Shown: positions 1-11,050, counted from the first letter of the stretch. The stretch is DNA of 64,000 bases from Fusobacterium ulcerans (GCF_003019675.1 NZ_CP028105.1:386282-450281); one strand, 5' to 3'. A program made the numbers and translations. Notes: a model not told the origin generated them from the letters alone.

Positions 1-1420
1 TAATACTTCCTTTTTCATTTTCTTCAAAAGAAGCATATGCAGCATTGACAGTAAACATATTTACAGCTTCTAATACAGAGACACTGCTTTTCTCTTTTGG
101 ATGATTAACAGCACTATATATTCCAAGTATAGGATTTATTGCACATACATCACTATCTGATCCACCTATTATGAGAATTCCTTCATCTATTATCTTTTTA
201 AATCTGTTTGAATTATCAGAATAACTCTTTATAAGCCTCTTTTCATAAAGTCCATCTTTCTGCCCAAATATAGTTTCAAAGATAGGCTGCATAGATAGTA
301 TTATATTCAGTTTTTTTGCTTTTTTTATCTGTGCATCAGTAGCTAGTTCAAAATGCTCTATCCTGTTTCTAAAAGATCTTCTGTTTTTTTTCTTCTGTGC
401 AAATTCAATAGCATTTAGTGCCTGTTCTATAGCTCTGTCTCCTATAGCATGAAAAGCTATCTGTATATCATTTTTTACTGCTTCTTCAGCAAAAGCATTT
501 AATTCGTGCTGATTATAGTATAATTTTCCAAAATTATTTTTTTCTCTTTTATATGGTTTGGAAATAGCAGCAGTTTTAGATGCAAAGGAACCATCTATAA
601 AAATATCTCCTCCCAATCTTTTTAAGTCATTAGTATAGGCTTTTGTTATATCTATAGTTTGAAAAAAAAGGAGAATATCCTGTTCAAATTTATCTTTATT
701 TTTCAAAATAAATTCAGCATCTCTATTATTAAAACTATATCCTCCCTCCATGGCATGAATAGTAGTTACTCCATTACAGCTGGCAGTATAGAGAGCTTTT
801 TCTACAGCTTTTTCTCTCATTTTATCATCTATCTTCTGAGATATTCTATTCTTTACAAAAGCTCCTGCTTTTCCACTTAATATCCCTAATGGAAGATTTC
901 TCTCATCTCTTGGCATTCCCTCTATATCATAAGGAAGGTTAAGCTGTAGCAGAGCCATTGAATTTATAACACTAGTGTGATATTCAATACTGTTTATCCA
1001 TACAGGGTTATTTGGAGCAATATTATCAAGTTCCTTCCTAGTAGGATATCTATTTTCTTTTATATTACTGATATTAAATCTTACTCCTTGTACCAGTTCC
1101 CCCTCTTTAAGAGTGTCTGCCTTATTTTTTATCAGTTCCAATACCTCATCTATAGTGGAAGCCTCACTTAAATCCACTCCAAAAAGTATATTTATCCCTG
1201 TCTGTACCAAATGAACATGGCAGTCATAAAACCCTGGAAGAACAATTCTTCCTTTTAAATCAATAGATTTTTTAGAGAGTTTTAATAGAGATTTATACTC
1301 ATTATTACAGCCAGTTTTATATATTTTTCCATCTTTTACAACTACCCAGTTGTATACTTCATTCTCCATAGAGTAAATAGTCCCATTGTACAAAAGCAGA
1401 GAGATATCCTTTTTCTCCAT
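1..1420 (-). CDS. Amidohydrolase-family metal-dependent hydrolase; N-terminus in window, C-terminus runs off the window start (partial)
   Basis: Minus-strand frame is open from ATG at 1420-1418 to position 1 and is preceded by a GGTGG RBS. Translation begins MEKKDISLLLYNGTIYS and contains the HxH metal motif (FYDCHVHLVQTG) of TIM-barrel amidohydrolases. It is absent from the ORF track only because no stop lies inside the window. Confidence 0.65.
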   Translation of the reverse strand, partial: MEKKDISLLLYNGTIYSMENEVYNWVVVKDGKIYKTGCNNEYKSLLKLSKKSIDLKGRIVLPGFYDCHVHLVQTGINILFGVDLSEASTIDEVLELIKNKADTLKEGELVQGVRFNISNIKENRYPTRKELDNIAPNNPVWINSIEYHTSVINSMALLQLNLPYDIEGMPRDERNLPLGILSGKAGAFVKNRISQKIDDKMREKAVEKALYTASCNGVTTIHAMEGGYSFNNRDAEFILKNKDKFEQDILLFFQTIDITKAYTNDLKRLGGDIFIDGSFASKTAAISKPYKREKNNFGKLYYNQHELNAFAEEAVKNDIQIAFHAIGDRAIEQALNAIEFAQKKKNRRSFRNRIEHFELATDAQIKKAKKLNIILSMQPIFETIFGQKDGLYEKRLIKSYSDNSNRFKKIIDEGILIIGGSDSDVCAINPILGIYSAVNHPKEKSSVSVLEAVNMFTVNAAYASFEENEKGSI

Positions 1421-1567
1421 ATACTAACCACCTTTTCTTTTTTCCCTATTATACCATGCACAGTAATATTTTATAAAAAAACTCTCATAAAAACTATTAG
1501 TCATATTCTGTATTCTATTTTCAATTAAAGCAAAAATCTAAATCTTTAACAGCAGTAATTATTATTT

Positions 1568-2812
1568 TTATACAGCTAAATATTTAACAAGAAAATCATA
1601 GATAACTTCTATTGTTTCATAAAAACTTTCTATATCCACTGCTTCATCACTTCCATGAAAATTATCTCCTGAAGCTCCATATATTATAACTGGTATATTC
1701 AATTTTGAAGCTATTGAGTTGAAGTCCCCAATACTTGAAAAATATTTTATTTCAGCTTCCTTAGAAGTTACTTTCTTTATAGAATCTTTCAACAGATCTA
1801 TTTCTAATAAGTTTTCATCTACTACATATGGCATAAATCCATCTGCATTTTCTAATGGAGCTTCACGGAATACTATCTCATATTCTCCTTTTAATTCACA
1901 TTTTTTTGCTGCTTCATCTATCTCTTTTATTATAGTAGCCTTGCTCTCCCCACGTACTATATGTCTGAATACTTTTATTTCAGCATTATCAGGAACCGAG
2001 CAGGCAGCTCCTCCCCCTTTTACTTCAATCACACAATGACTTGAATATCCTAGTTTTTCATCATATACAGGAACTGTTTTGCTAAGTTCAACTAAAAGTT
2101 TTCCAGCTTCATCTACAGCATTTATTCCATTTTCCGGAGTGGCTGCATGACTTGATTTTCCATATATTTTGATACTGTATCCATATCCTCCCCTTGCTCC
2201 CAGACAGATAACGGGTGTTTTCATATGAAGAAAACCACTGCTTGGCTCTGTTACCAATGCTATATCACTTTCAGCCATTAATCCATCATTCAGAAGAAAG
2301 TTTGTTCCCAGTCCATATGGCCCTTCTTCATCTGAAACAAAAGAATATATTATTTTTCCTTTAAAATTCTTTACATTTCTTTTAAATTCTCTAAGTGCCA
2401 TCATAGCAGCTACACACCCTGATTTCATATCAAGAGCACCTAATCCATAGAGTTTTCCATCTTTTTCTTCAGGAACATACGGATTCTTACTCCATCCAGT
2501 ACATTCTTCCACTGTATCAAGATGTCCATTTATAAGGAGAACTGGCCCCTCTTCCGTTCCTTTTATCTCTCCTATTGTATTTATTCCATTAAAATTTGTT
2601 ACCTTATCATCTATATAATGATGATATGAAATATTCATATCATTATTTCTAAACCAGTCATAACAATATTCCATTATCTCTTTTTCATGAAAATAATTAC
2701 TTTTTATACTTATTAACTTTTTTAATAAATCAAGACTTTCTTTTCTGTTCACCATTCTATATACCACCTTATTATTTTTCTGTTTTAAAAATAAATTTAT
2801 TTGTCCAGCCAT
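1568..2812 (-). CDS. M20 family metallopeptidase (ArgE/DapE/CPG2-like)
   Basis: 414 aa ORF. It contains the GHLDTV and DMKSG metal-binding motifs characteristic of the M20 family. Confidence 0.75.
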   Translation of the reverse strand: MAGQINLFLKQKNNKVVYRMVNRKESLDLLKKLISIKSNYFHEKEIMEYCYDWFRNNDMNISYHHYIDDKVTNFNGINTIGEIKGTEEGPVLLINGHLDTVEECTGWSKNPYVPEEKDGKLYGLGALDMKSGCVAAMMALREFKRNVKNFKGKIIYSFVSDEEGPYGLGTNFLLNDGLMAESDIALVTEPSSGFLHMKTPVICLGARGGYGYSIKIYGKSSHAATPENGINAVDEAGKLLVELSKTVPVYDEKLGYSSHCVIEVKGGGAACSVPDNAEIKVFRHIVRGESKATIIKEIDEAAKKCELKGEYEIVFREAPLENADGFMPYVVDENLLEIDLLKDSIKKVTSKEAEIKYFSSIGDFNSIASKLNIPVIIYGASGDNFHGSDEAVDIESFYETIEVIYDFLVKYLAV

Positions 2813-4160
2813 ACGCTATTGTGATGAGTGGAGCCAGAAAAGCAAGGAATGTATAAGGAGCATATTCAAATGTACTTACACCTAGAGCTCCAGTAAAAAA
2901 TAAGCCGCACAATCCCCATGGAACTAAAGGCGATGTTACAGTAGCACTATCTTCACATACTCTTGAACATACTGATGGTTGAATCCCTTTTTCTTTATAG
3001 CTTGGAGCAAGCATTCTTCCAGAAAATATAATTGCCATATGCTGACTTGCTGAAAAGAAATTAATAGCTATTGCCATAAGAGTATGAGTAGTAATAAGTC
3101 CTCCCACACTTTTTGTAACTCCTTTCAATCTTCCAAGAAGTACATCTAATATATATGTTTTTTCAAATAATCCCCCTAAACTCAAAGCTATCAAACCAAG
3201 TGATGTAGTCCACATCATGCTCTGCATTCCACCTCTTGAAAGAAGTCTGTCTACTTCTGCAATTCCAGTTTTAGAGACAAATCCGAAATCCATAGCATTC
3301 ATTATCTCTCCTATTCCATAACCACCGAATGTGATAGCAAAAAAGCCTCCCAGTAAACCAGCTATTGCCATTACAGCCAATCCATTTACTTTTTTTACTG
3401 CCAGTATGATTACAATTACCATTGGCAGAAATGCTATTGGACTTATAAAGTAGTTTTCTTTCAATCCTGTTGTTATTAAATCTATTTGTGATGAATCTAT
3501 ATCTCCACTGAATTTCATTCCTAGGAAGAAATATATAATAAGAGAGATAATTATAGCCGGCCCTGTGCTATACATCATACTTTTTATATGATCAAATAAA
3601 TCAGCTTCTGCCACTGCTGCTGCTAAATTTGTAGAGTCAGACATTGGCGACATCTTATCTCCAAATATTGCTCCAGAAATAACTGCTCCTGCTGTCATAG
3701 CTGGTGGAATATTTAATCCCATACCAATTCCCATAAATGCTACCCCTACTGTTGCTCCTGTAGTCCATGAACTTCCAGTGGAAAGTGAAGCAATACAGCA
3801 AATAAGGCAAACTGTAAATAAAAATATTTTTGGGTTTAAAATTTTTAATCCATAATAAATAATTGATGGAATTGTTCCTGCTGGTATCCATGATGCTACT
3901 ACCACTCCTACCAGTATCAAAATAAGTGCTGGTATCATAGCTAAATTAGCTCCATGCATTATTCCACCCTGAATATCCTCCCAAGTAAATCCTGAAATGA
4001 ATGCAACCACTACTGTCACCACTGTTACCCCAAGAAGTGTGATATGTGCTATATCATTGTTTTTGATTATAAATATCTGTGCTGCCATTGCAAAGATTAA
4101 AAACAAAAATACAAACATAGCTGCCAAAAAACTTGGTCTTTTTTCAATTTTTTTATCCAT
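2772..4160 (-). CDS. nhaC: Na+/H+ antiporter NhaC family membrane transporter
   Basis: 462 aa, polytopic. Conserved NhaC-family blocks are present (MHGANLAMIPALILILVG, GSSWTTGATVGVAFMGIG). A 41-nt overlap with the downstream M20 gene suggests the annotated start may be too far upstream. Confidence 0.75.
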   Translation of the reverse strand: MDKKIEKRPSFLAAMFVFLFLIFAMAAQIFIIKNNDIAHITLLGVTVVTVVVAFISGFTWEDIQGGIMHGANLAMIPALILILVGVVVASWIPAGTIPSIIYYGLKILNPKIFLFTVCLICCIASLSTGSSWTTGATVGVAFMGIGMGLNIPPAMTAGAVISGAIFGDKMSPMSDSTNLAAAVAEADLFDHIKSMMYSTGPAIIISLIIYFFLGMKFSGDIDSSQIDLITTGLKENYFISPIAFLPMVIVIILAVKKVNGLAVMAIAGLLGGFFAITFGGYGIGEIMNAMDFGFVSKTGIAEVDRLLSRGGMQSMMWTTSLGLIALSLGGLFEKTYILDVLLGRLKGVTKSVGGLITTHTLMAIAINFFSASQHMAIIFSGRMLAPSYKEKGIQPSVCSRVCEDSATVTSPLVPWGLCGLFFTGALGVSTFEYAPYTFLAFLAPLITIAYGWTNKFIFKTEK

Positions 4161-4381
4161 TTTTCAAACCTCCACGTTTCATGATAGCACAATAATATAA
4201 TATGATAGTATTATCTAAAAAAAAGAACTTGAGATTATTAATAAATATAACAGGCACAATAATATAATATGATAGTATTATCTAGTGTTTTATTTATTGT
4301 TTTATTATAAAATTTATTAAGAAATTTTCAAAATTCTTTTTTAAAAATAAACCATAAAAAAATCTTTGTTTAGATAATTAA

Positions 4382-4410
4382 AAAGACAGAAATTTCTCTC
4401 TGCCTTTCAA
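4382..4410 (-). terminator. Hairpin plus T-run downstream of the HU gene (minus strand)
   Basis: AAAGACAGA-aatttctc-TCTGCCTTT imperfect hairpin. On the minus strand it is followed by TTTT. Confidence 0.35.
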
Positions 4411-4414
4411 CTAA

Positions 4415-4681
4415 CTATTTTATTTTTTTAGATGCTCTGAATTTTATTATTTTCTTAGGATAAATTGTCATCTGCTCTTTTGTTACTGGATTAGCTACTA
4501 CTCTTGGCTTTCTTGTGAGTATTTCAAATATTCCTCTTCTTGGAAATTTTACCTCTCTATCTAAGGCTATTGCTTCTTTCAATGTCTCAAGAAATTCTTC
4601 TATCTCATCTTCTGCTTTGATTATTGATAGTCTATCTGGGCTCATTTCACTGTATAGCTTTGCCATTTCTCTTCTATTCAT
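4415..4681 (-). CDS. HU/IHF-family nucleoid DNA-binding protein
   Basis: 88 aa counted from the internal ATG; the ORF track extends it to a GTG at 4690. Full Bac_DNA_binding pattern is present (...EVKFPRRGIFEILTRKPRVVANPVTKEQMTIYPKKIIKFRASKKIK). Confidence 0.7.
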   Translation of the reverse strand: MNRREMAKLYSEMSPDRLSIIKAEDEIEEFLETLKEAIALDREVKFPRRGIFEILTRKPRVVANPVTKEQMTIYPKKIIKFRASKKIK

Positions 4682-4964
4682 CTGTATCACCGTTAGCTAT
4701 TTCTATGAGGCTTTTTCCTGCTCTAAATTTTACTACCTCTTTAGGCTTGGTATAACCTGCTTCTTCTCACATTGGCACCAGTACTTTTCTGGCTTTCCTC
4801 TCTCTTTTTTCAAATACTCCCCAGTTTTTAAATATTACTTTTTTATCTTCATCTAAAGCTTTCAGCAGTACATTCCAGAATAAGTCTATCTTTTCTCTGA
4901 CTTCTTTATGGCTTTTAGAATTATTTCTCTTCTTGTAAAATCTTATAAACTCCTCTTCTGTCAT
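4680..4964 (-). pseudogene. Second HU-family gene interrupted by an in-frame TGA
   Basis: The 65-aa ORF (MTEEEFIRFYKK...VIFKNWGVFEKRERKARKVLVPM) ends at TGA 4769-4767. The same frame continues EEAGYTKPKEVVKFRAGKSLIEIANGDTDE to a TAG, which is the HU C-terminal arm. The TGA sits where HU proteins have Gly, so a GGA>TGA change is likely. Confidence 0.5.
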
Positions 4965-4983
4965 ATTTTCCCCCTAAAAATAA

Positions 4984-7900
4984 TCAAAACTTATATTCTA
5001 TTTTAAATGTTGTCATTGTTTCTCCTAAAGTATCTGCGGAAAAACTTAATGTTCCTGATAAATTATCTTTAGATTCATATCTGGCTGAAATTACTCCTAA
5101 TCCTATTCCAGCATCATATTCCTTCACTGGTTTATCATATTTTGCATAACCTCCAGTTCCTATTGAAAATTCATCTCTCCAATCTTTTATAGACATTAGC
5201 TCTTTTTTATATCCTAAATATGTACTTATACCAAAATTATTTTTCCCTTTATTTTCTCCAAGTTCATAACTTTTGTTCATAAGTACCCCTAGATTGATCT
5301 CATTAGATATTCCTACTTTTTCTTTTATTTCTATATTTCTCTCACAAGTCAAATCTGCTCCATGTTCTTTTATTTTTTCATGCCCAAATACTGTTGTTTT
5401 TAATCCTGCTGTAAACTCAGAATAAGTCAGCCCTTTTATATCTAATTCTCTTGCATATTCATTCTTCATATTTAAATTATATGATTTAAAATTATCTCTT
5501 TTTCCATTTCTATCCATAGCATTAAATGTAAATGCACCATTTATATAATTTCTATATTCTGATATTCCATCATTTAATGGTTTGATATAGTTATGTCCTG
5601 CAAATATACTTGTTTTTCTTAGATTGCTGTTTCTATTTTTATAGTCTAATTTCGAATAATTCATCCCAATCATATAGTTTTTATTATTTTGAAGTATAAG
5701 AGTAGTTCCTTCCAAGTCATATTTATATGTTCCAGGAACATGTACATCAAGATCTTTGTCTGAATTCAAATAAAATACTCCTACCTTGATTTCATTTTGT
5801 GGATTAATTATTACTGCATCAAAACTATTTTCTTTACTGAATTGGCTGCTCAAATAAGTCTTATCTGTATTCATAACTTTTTCCTGATTATCTAACAATA
5901 CTTTTCCAGACTCAACTATTTGTCCATTTAAATTTGCATATTCCAGTCCTAATAAATTTTCAAGAGTTTCTCCATCAGATACCTTTCTTGATATCATTGT
6001 TGAAAATTCTTTATTATTTTTTACAAATTCTGAATCTTCTCCATAAACTGCACTATCTATTTTCAATTCTTTTACCATTCTTCCTATGTTCCTATTTTTT
6101 TCTAAATCTTCTATATTTTTAGTTTTATTCATTACAAGATCAACTATATTTTCAGAGTTTTCTCCTGTTCTTTTTATTATGGATATCTCGTATACTCCTG
6201 AAGAAACAAGATTTTCCAGTCCTGATATTTTTCCTTCTTTTCCATTTCCTCCTGCTGTAATAAAGTTCTCTTTAAAGTATTTATCACCTTTTCCCACTTC
6301 TGCCATTATCTGCATTTCACCTTTAAGGTCAAAATCTCCTGCTGATTTATATCCTGATTCAGTAGAAGAATTAATTCCTCCTCCAACAGTTAAAGTATCA
6401 AAGGAATCTTTCAATTCAAGCCATCCATAATTATATACTTTTCCACCATTAGTAACTCTCATATATGCTGTATCAATTCCATTTTCAATCTTTCCTGTTA
6501 CTCCAGTTACTATAATGCTCCCATAATTAAATGCTTCTGAATCTTTCCCATCTGCCCACATTCCAGTTCCCATATTTTCAGGTATAAGACCTTTATTATC
6601 CACTTCTATTATTCCGTAATTAAATCCTTTTGCTCCACCTGCTATTCTCATTCCTGCTGTATCTGAAGATGTTCCTTTGACTCTTATCTGCCCATAATTA
6701 CTTGCTGTTCCTTTATATCCCCTTATAAATTGTCCAGCTGTCAATCCCTTTCCTTCTGACTTTATTACTCCATAATTATACATATCAGATTTAAAATATT
6801 CCTTAGCTGACCAAGTCTTTAGAAATTGTCCGATACTCTCTCCTGTTCCAGTTACTTCAATATCCCCATAGTTATACATTTCATTTTTATCAATTACTAC
6901 ATTAACTTCATAAAACTCATCACCTTCCCATTCTTCTATCCTTGTAAATTGCCCATAGGAATTTACTCCATCAGAATCTGCCAACACACTTAAAGTTCCA
7001 AAATTAAAAATATTTGACATAGAATTAGTACCACTTAAATACCCATATTGTCCATATGAATAGCTTTCATTTATTTTACTTCCTTTTATCTTTGATTTTA
7101 TTTTTATTGTTCCATAATTATATACTTCATGTTTTACTGAAGTACTGTCTTCAAGTCCTCCAGCATATTGTCCATAATTATATCTATATACATTTTGTCC
7201 AGAATTTTTTTCAGGTTCATCAAGCAATTCCATTTCTCCATAATTATATAGTTTTCCAATAGAAGCAGCAGCATTTTCAAAAATCAATTCCTGCCCAACA
7301 AGTCTATTACTATAACCATAATCATATTTAAATCCAGTTAATTCCCCATAAGAGTGCAATATCATTTTTCCATAATTATATAGCTCATTCTGGCTATTTT
7401 CATTATCTCCTACATTTCCTGTTTCCTGTCCAGTTACAATTCCTCCAGAACGATTACTTATTTTTATTATTCCATAATTATATGCCTTATATTTACCATT
7501 AGGATCCCTAACTCCAAGTTTTTGCCCTATCCCACCTCTTTCCCGTGTATCTGAATTACTTTTTACATTTAATTCTATTATCCCATAATTTATGAGCTCA
7601 CTATTTGATGCTCCTGAATTTTGTCCAGTAAAATTACCTTCATAACCACTTCCTGTTTTTATTGTTCCATAATTTATAAGCTTACTCTGGTCTATATTTT
7701 TATCCCATGCAGCTAAAACTATCTGCCCTGCTCTATCAGACCCTCTCACTTGTGTAGTGCTTTGAGTTCCTTCAATTGTTCCTTTATTTATTAAAGTAGC
7801 TTCTTCGATAGGAGTTCCTTTACTGGTTGTTTCCAATGATTGCCCATTAATACTGTTACTATATCCATTTATTTTTGTTTTTATTTCTGTTGTTTCAGAT

Positions 7901-8434
7901 TCTGAAAAACTTCCATAACTATTAAGATGTTCCTCTCCTAAAACTCCTAATTTTTCTTTAATTTCTGCTTCTGAATCTGTACTATTTTTTAAGTTATATG
8001 TAGTACTGCATAAATTGTATGTATTGTTATAATTTTCAATCTCAGTTATATTTTTTAAACTTGTATTCTCAGTAAGCATTTCTAATCCTTTATCAAAAAC
8101 TTCTTTATTTCCATGATAAAGATATTCGCTTATTTTATCTGCATTTTCTCCAGAATTTATTGCGGCTATAATATTTTCAGAATCTACATATCCCAATCCA
8201 TTGCTTGAGCTAAATAAAGTATTTGAAGCATTATTATTTAACATCCAGTTCTTTTCATCTTTATTTTTTATTCCATCACCATCAAAGTCCCCTTCTGGAT
8301 TATAAACATCTGCTATTCCATCCCTATTTTCATCTTGTAGTTCTATTACTTCCCATTTTTTTGTTTTTTTATTCCACTCTCTTTTTAATATTGCAGTATA
8401 TCCTCCACTGCTGTCAGGATCATGATGTAACGGG
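4984..8434 (-). pseudogene. Type Va autotransporter, 3' fragment (YNYG-repeat passenger plus C-terminal beta-barrel); 5' end removed by prophage insertion
   Basis: The frame is open from the prophage junction at 8434 to the stop at 4984. It carries at least 15 xYNYGxI repeats and ends with beta-barrel strands (...TTFKIEYKF). The product has no ATG-preceded signal peptide. The first listed Met (8244) lies inside an already open frame with no canonical start upstream. Confidence 0.7.
8430..8434. repeat. 5-bp target-site duplication ACGGG (right prophage junction)
   Basis: AACGGG occurs at both prophage/host junctions (8429-8434 and 41450-41455). The phage DNA begins 5'-TG at 8435. Confidence 0.6.
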
Positions 8435-8514
8435 TGTAAGGCGAAACGTAAAATGATAATTTTTTTAAGATGAAATGATAAAAATATTTAAATGTAAAAC
8501 GATAAAATAAAAAA
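8435..8514. promoter_or_regulatory. Right-end transposase-binding repeat cluster (R1-R3-like)
   Basis: Three related motifs lie directly at the terminus: CGAAACGTAAAATGATAA, GATGAAATGATAAAAA, TGTAAAACGATAAAATAAAAAAAG. Confidence 0.45.
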
Positions 8515-8600
8515 AGCCTCCATAAAAAATATTATGAAGTCTTTTATATATTAGCCTTCCTCTTTCAAAATCATTTAAAATCAATTTTGTGAGGTCATTT

Positions 8601-8906
8601 TTATATCAAATTTGGGTTTTCAACTTTAAAATACCTTGTGGTATGTCCAAGAGGAGATTGATATTCCCATGTTTCATAAACATAGTTTTCAAGCCCTAGT
8701 TTTTTCATTATTTCAAGTATTTCATCATCAGATAAATTAAATGATTCCTTTTTACTTGATAGGGAAATAAGTGTTTCTTCATTTTTCTCTATTGTTGCTA
8801 CAAGTGGATATTCCTTATATCTTCCATAAAATAAAACTTCTTTAGACAATGCAGCTAAAAATTCTGGTGCTTCTACCTTTTTAAAATTAGTTTTTATTTT
8901 TCTCAT
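8601..8906 (-). CDS. Hypothetical phage protein (right-end accessory)
   Basis: 101 aa ORF in the phage transcription direction. No recognisable motif. Confidence 0.3.
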   Translation of the reverse strand: MRKIKTNFKKVEAPEFLAALSKEVLFYGRYKEYPLVATIEKNEETLISLSSKKESFNLSDDEILEIMKKLGLENYVYETWEYQSPLGHTTRYFKVENPNLI

Positions 8907-8917
8907 AATCCCTCCTC

Positions 8918-9172
8918 TTAGTTCATTAGCATATAAAATTCTATTGCTTTTTTCTTCATATCTTCCATATCTTTGAATTGTGTTTTTTCCTTAAAAATAA
9001 TTTTTAGTAATTTATTCATATCTGTTCTTTTGGTAGTCCTCTTATTTATCTCCTCTTCCATGTCTTCATAACTATTAAATTTTGTATACTGCTTCATGAA
9101 TTTTTCATTAAGAATATCTTCAGTTGATATTTCTCCTTCTCTTATTTTCTTTTCAAAAACATCTTTTTCCAT
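8918..9172 (-). CDS. Hypothetical phage protein
   Basis: 84 aa ORF downstream of the lysis cassette. Confidence 0.3.
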   Translation of the reverse strand: MEKDVFEKKIREGEISTEDILNEKFMKQYTKFNSYEDMEEEINKRTTKRTDMNKLLKIIFKEKTQFKDMEDMKKKAIEFYMLMN

Positions 9173-9290
9173 AAAATATCACCTCTTATCTATTTTTATA
9201 TATAAATATTGTATATGGAAATAGATATTTTTTCAAGTTGTTTTTAAAAATAATTTTAGGAATAATAAAAAAGCTAGGTTACTAGCTCTT

Positions 9291-9779
9291 TTACTCTTTT
9301 TTTATTTCCTTTTCTTTACATTGTTCTAATATATTTTTTAATTGTCTAGGAACTTTTAATCCTGCATTAACTGCATTCTCTAATATACTTAAGCCTTCGT
9401 TCGCTGTATAAAAACATATTACAACATATCGGCAGTTATATTTTAAGCCTTTAATTTCTAGTAACTGGTCTATTTGATCTGCAAGTGCTACTATAAGCAA
9501 CATAAAAATCTTTTTCAAAAAACCTTTGAAACCAATCTTACTATTTAAATTACCTTTCATTATAGACTTAAAAATCCCTGAAACATAATCTATTGCCATT
9601 ACTGCAAGCAAGCAATATATAAGCTTATCTTTTCCACCAGTTATAAAAAATATTGCTGAAAATAGCATTCCTAATACCACTACACTCTTATCAAATAAAA
9701 CTTTTAAAACCTCTACAAATATTTTTAAAAACTCCATAACTATGGTTATTAACTCTTTAAAATCCACCTTTAAATTCAT
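9291..9779 (-). CDS. Holin (Phage_holin_4_1 / toxin-secretion holin-like)
   Basis: 162 aa with several TM helices and the family-typical AIDYVSGI motif. It is adjacent to the endolysin. Confidence 0.55.
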   Translation of the reverse strand: MNLKVDFKELITIVMEFLKIFVEVLKVLFDKSVVVLGMLFSAIFFITGGKDKLIYCLLAVMAIDYVSGIFKSIMKGNLNSKIGFKGFLKKIFMLLIVALADQIDQLLEIKGLKYNCRYVVICFYTANEGLSILENAVNAGLKVPRQLKNILEQCKEKEIKKE

Positions 9780-9782
9780 TTT

Positions 9783-10034
9783 TTAAATTCCTCCCTGTAA
9801 TATATAATTCCAACCTTTTTCGAACATAGAATAAAACCATGGCGAAACATATAACTTTGGAAATAGTCCACCTAAAATACATATAATAAGCAAAATTAGG
9901 GTTATATAAGCTATATAAATTTTAAACTCTGTAAGTTTTTTTTCTTCTATTTCTTGTTTTTTTTCTCCACTTTTAGCGGTTTTTTTAAATATATCTATAA
10001 CTCCTGTTAGTAATCCTAAGATAAAGGTTTTCAT
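9783..10034 (-). CDS. Small membrane protein of the lysis cassette (holin/spanin-like)
   Basis: 83 aa with two hydrophobic helices. It lies between the endolysin and the holin. Confidence 0.35.
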   Translation of the reverse strand: MKTFILGLLTGVIDIFKKTAKSGEKKQEIEEKKLTEFKIYIAYITLILLIICILGGLFPKLYVSPWFYSMFEKGWNYILQGGI

Positions 10035-10036
10035 TT

Positions 10037-10420
10037 TTATTCCTCCCTTTTTAACTCTATATGTGGTCTATCCCAGCCCCAATCATAACCAAGTTCTAGT
10101 TTGATTCCTAACATTTCTCCTGCTTTTCTAAAAGCCTCTATTATAGGAAGCCATCTTGAATCATCTTCTTTGTCCTTATTTGTCCATCCTGTATAGTAAA
10201 TATCTACTGCTCTACCAAGCTGATGATTAGACTTCTTGTTTATTCCATCTAATTTAGTAGTCCCTTTTCTGTAATACTCTTGTTGCTTCTCAACAGTTCT
10301 TAATCCTTCATTTACAAAAAAATCTCCCTCACTTATAGCCAGAGCATATCCTACAACCAATTGTAGCTTATAATGTACTCCTTTAAGATTAGTTAATGTT
10401 CTTTTACTTACTTTATTCAT
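10037..10420 (-). CDS. Endolysin, peptidase M15 (VanY/L-Ala-D-Glu peptidase-like)
   Basis: 127 aa with zinc-ligand pattern H..GRAVD ... DWGWDRPHIEL. It sits at the end of the tail module next to the holin. Confidence 0.65.
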   Translation of the reverse strand: MNKVSKRTLTNLKGVHYKLQLVVGYALAISEGDFFVNEGLRTVEKQQEYYRKGTTKLDGINKKSNHQLGRAVDIYYTGWTNKDKEDDSRWLPIIEAFRKAGEMLGIKLELGYDWGWDRPHIELKREE

Positions 10421-10435
10421 TTCTCCCCCTTTTTA

Positions 10436-11038
10436 CTACACTGCTTTGACTTCTGAATTTTCATTTACCTTTTCTCTAAACTTCTCTACAGTTAAATCTG
10501 AAATAATTTCTCCTTGTTTCAAATATGCTTCTACTCCATATACTGCTGTAATAAAATTCATTCCAGATATTCTCATTTGCTTCAATTGTTCTAAACTCAT
10601 TTTTGCTATATCACTATCTGAGAAAGCCCATGAAAGCTCTTCTGTTCCCCCAGCATCTTCTAAAGCTGCTATCGCATTACTTAGAAGAGCCAAGTCCTTA
10701 TCTCTGCATTTTTGATTATGTCTTTCAAATATAAAACCCCTTTCTAAAACTTTTGCTTTATAACTATCTATTTCTTTTTTAAAAAGCTCTCTTTTTTCCT
10801 CATCTGTCATTTTTTTTATAATTCCAGCCTCTTTTAATTCTTCTGTTGTCATTTCTCTCATTTTCCCATTGTCTTCTACAGGGTAGTTTAAAGGAGCTCC
10901 ACCTATATAGAGGATATCTCTTTCTTTCCAATCTGGGAATACTTTGTCATACTCTCCTGCTTCCCAAAATTTTATATTTTGTTCATCAGGTCTGATATTA
11001 TCTTGAATTAATTTACCATTTCTATATTGAAAATACAT
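10436..11038 (-). CDS. Putative tail fibre assembly/chaperone protein
   Basis: 200 aa. Call is positional (after the tail fibre) only. Confidence 0.3.
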   Translation of the reverse strand: MYFQYRNGKLIQDNIRPDEQNIKFWEAGEYDKVFPDWKERDILYIGGAPLNYPVEDNGKMREMTTEELKEAGIIKKMTDEEKRELFKKEIDSYKAKVLERGFIFERHNQKCRDKDLALLSNAIAALEDAGGTEELSWAFSDSDIAKMSLEQLKQMRISGMNFITAVYGVEAYLKQGEIISDLTVEKFREKVNENSEVKAV

Positions 11039-11050
11039 TTTTATTCCTCC

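Noticed and set aside
659-1171. Small plus-strand ORFs (73 aa, 64 aa), and the many 60-150 aa plus-strand ORFs inside minus-strand genes throughout the window
   Set aside because: They lie antisense within long, well-supported minus-strand genes. They are AT-rich and of low complexity, and have no RBS.
4767-4769. In-frame TGA read as Gly/Trp (alternative genetic code)
   Set aside because: TGA terminates many well-supported genes in this window (for example the ToxN-adjacent and phage genes). Global recoding would fragment ORFs everywhere, and it does not.
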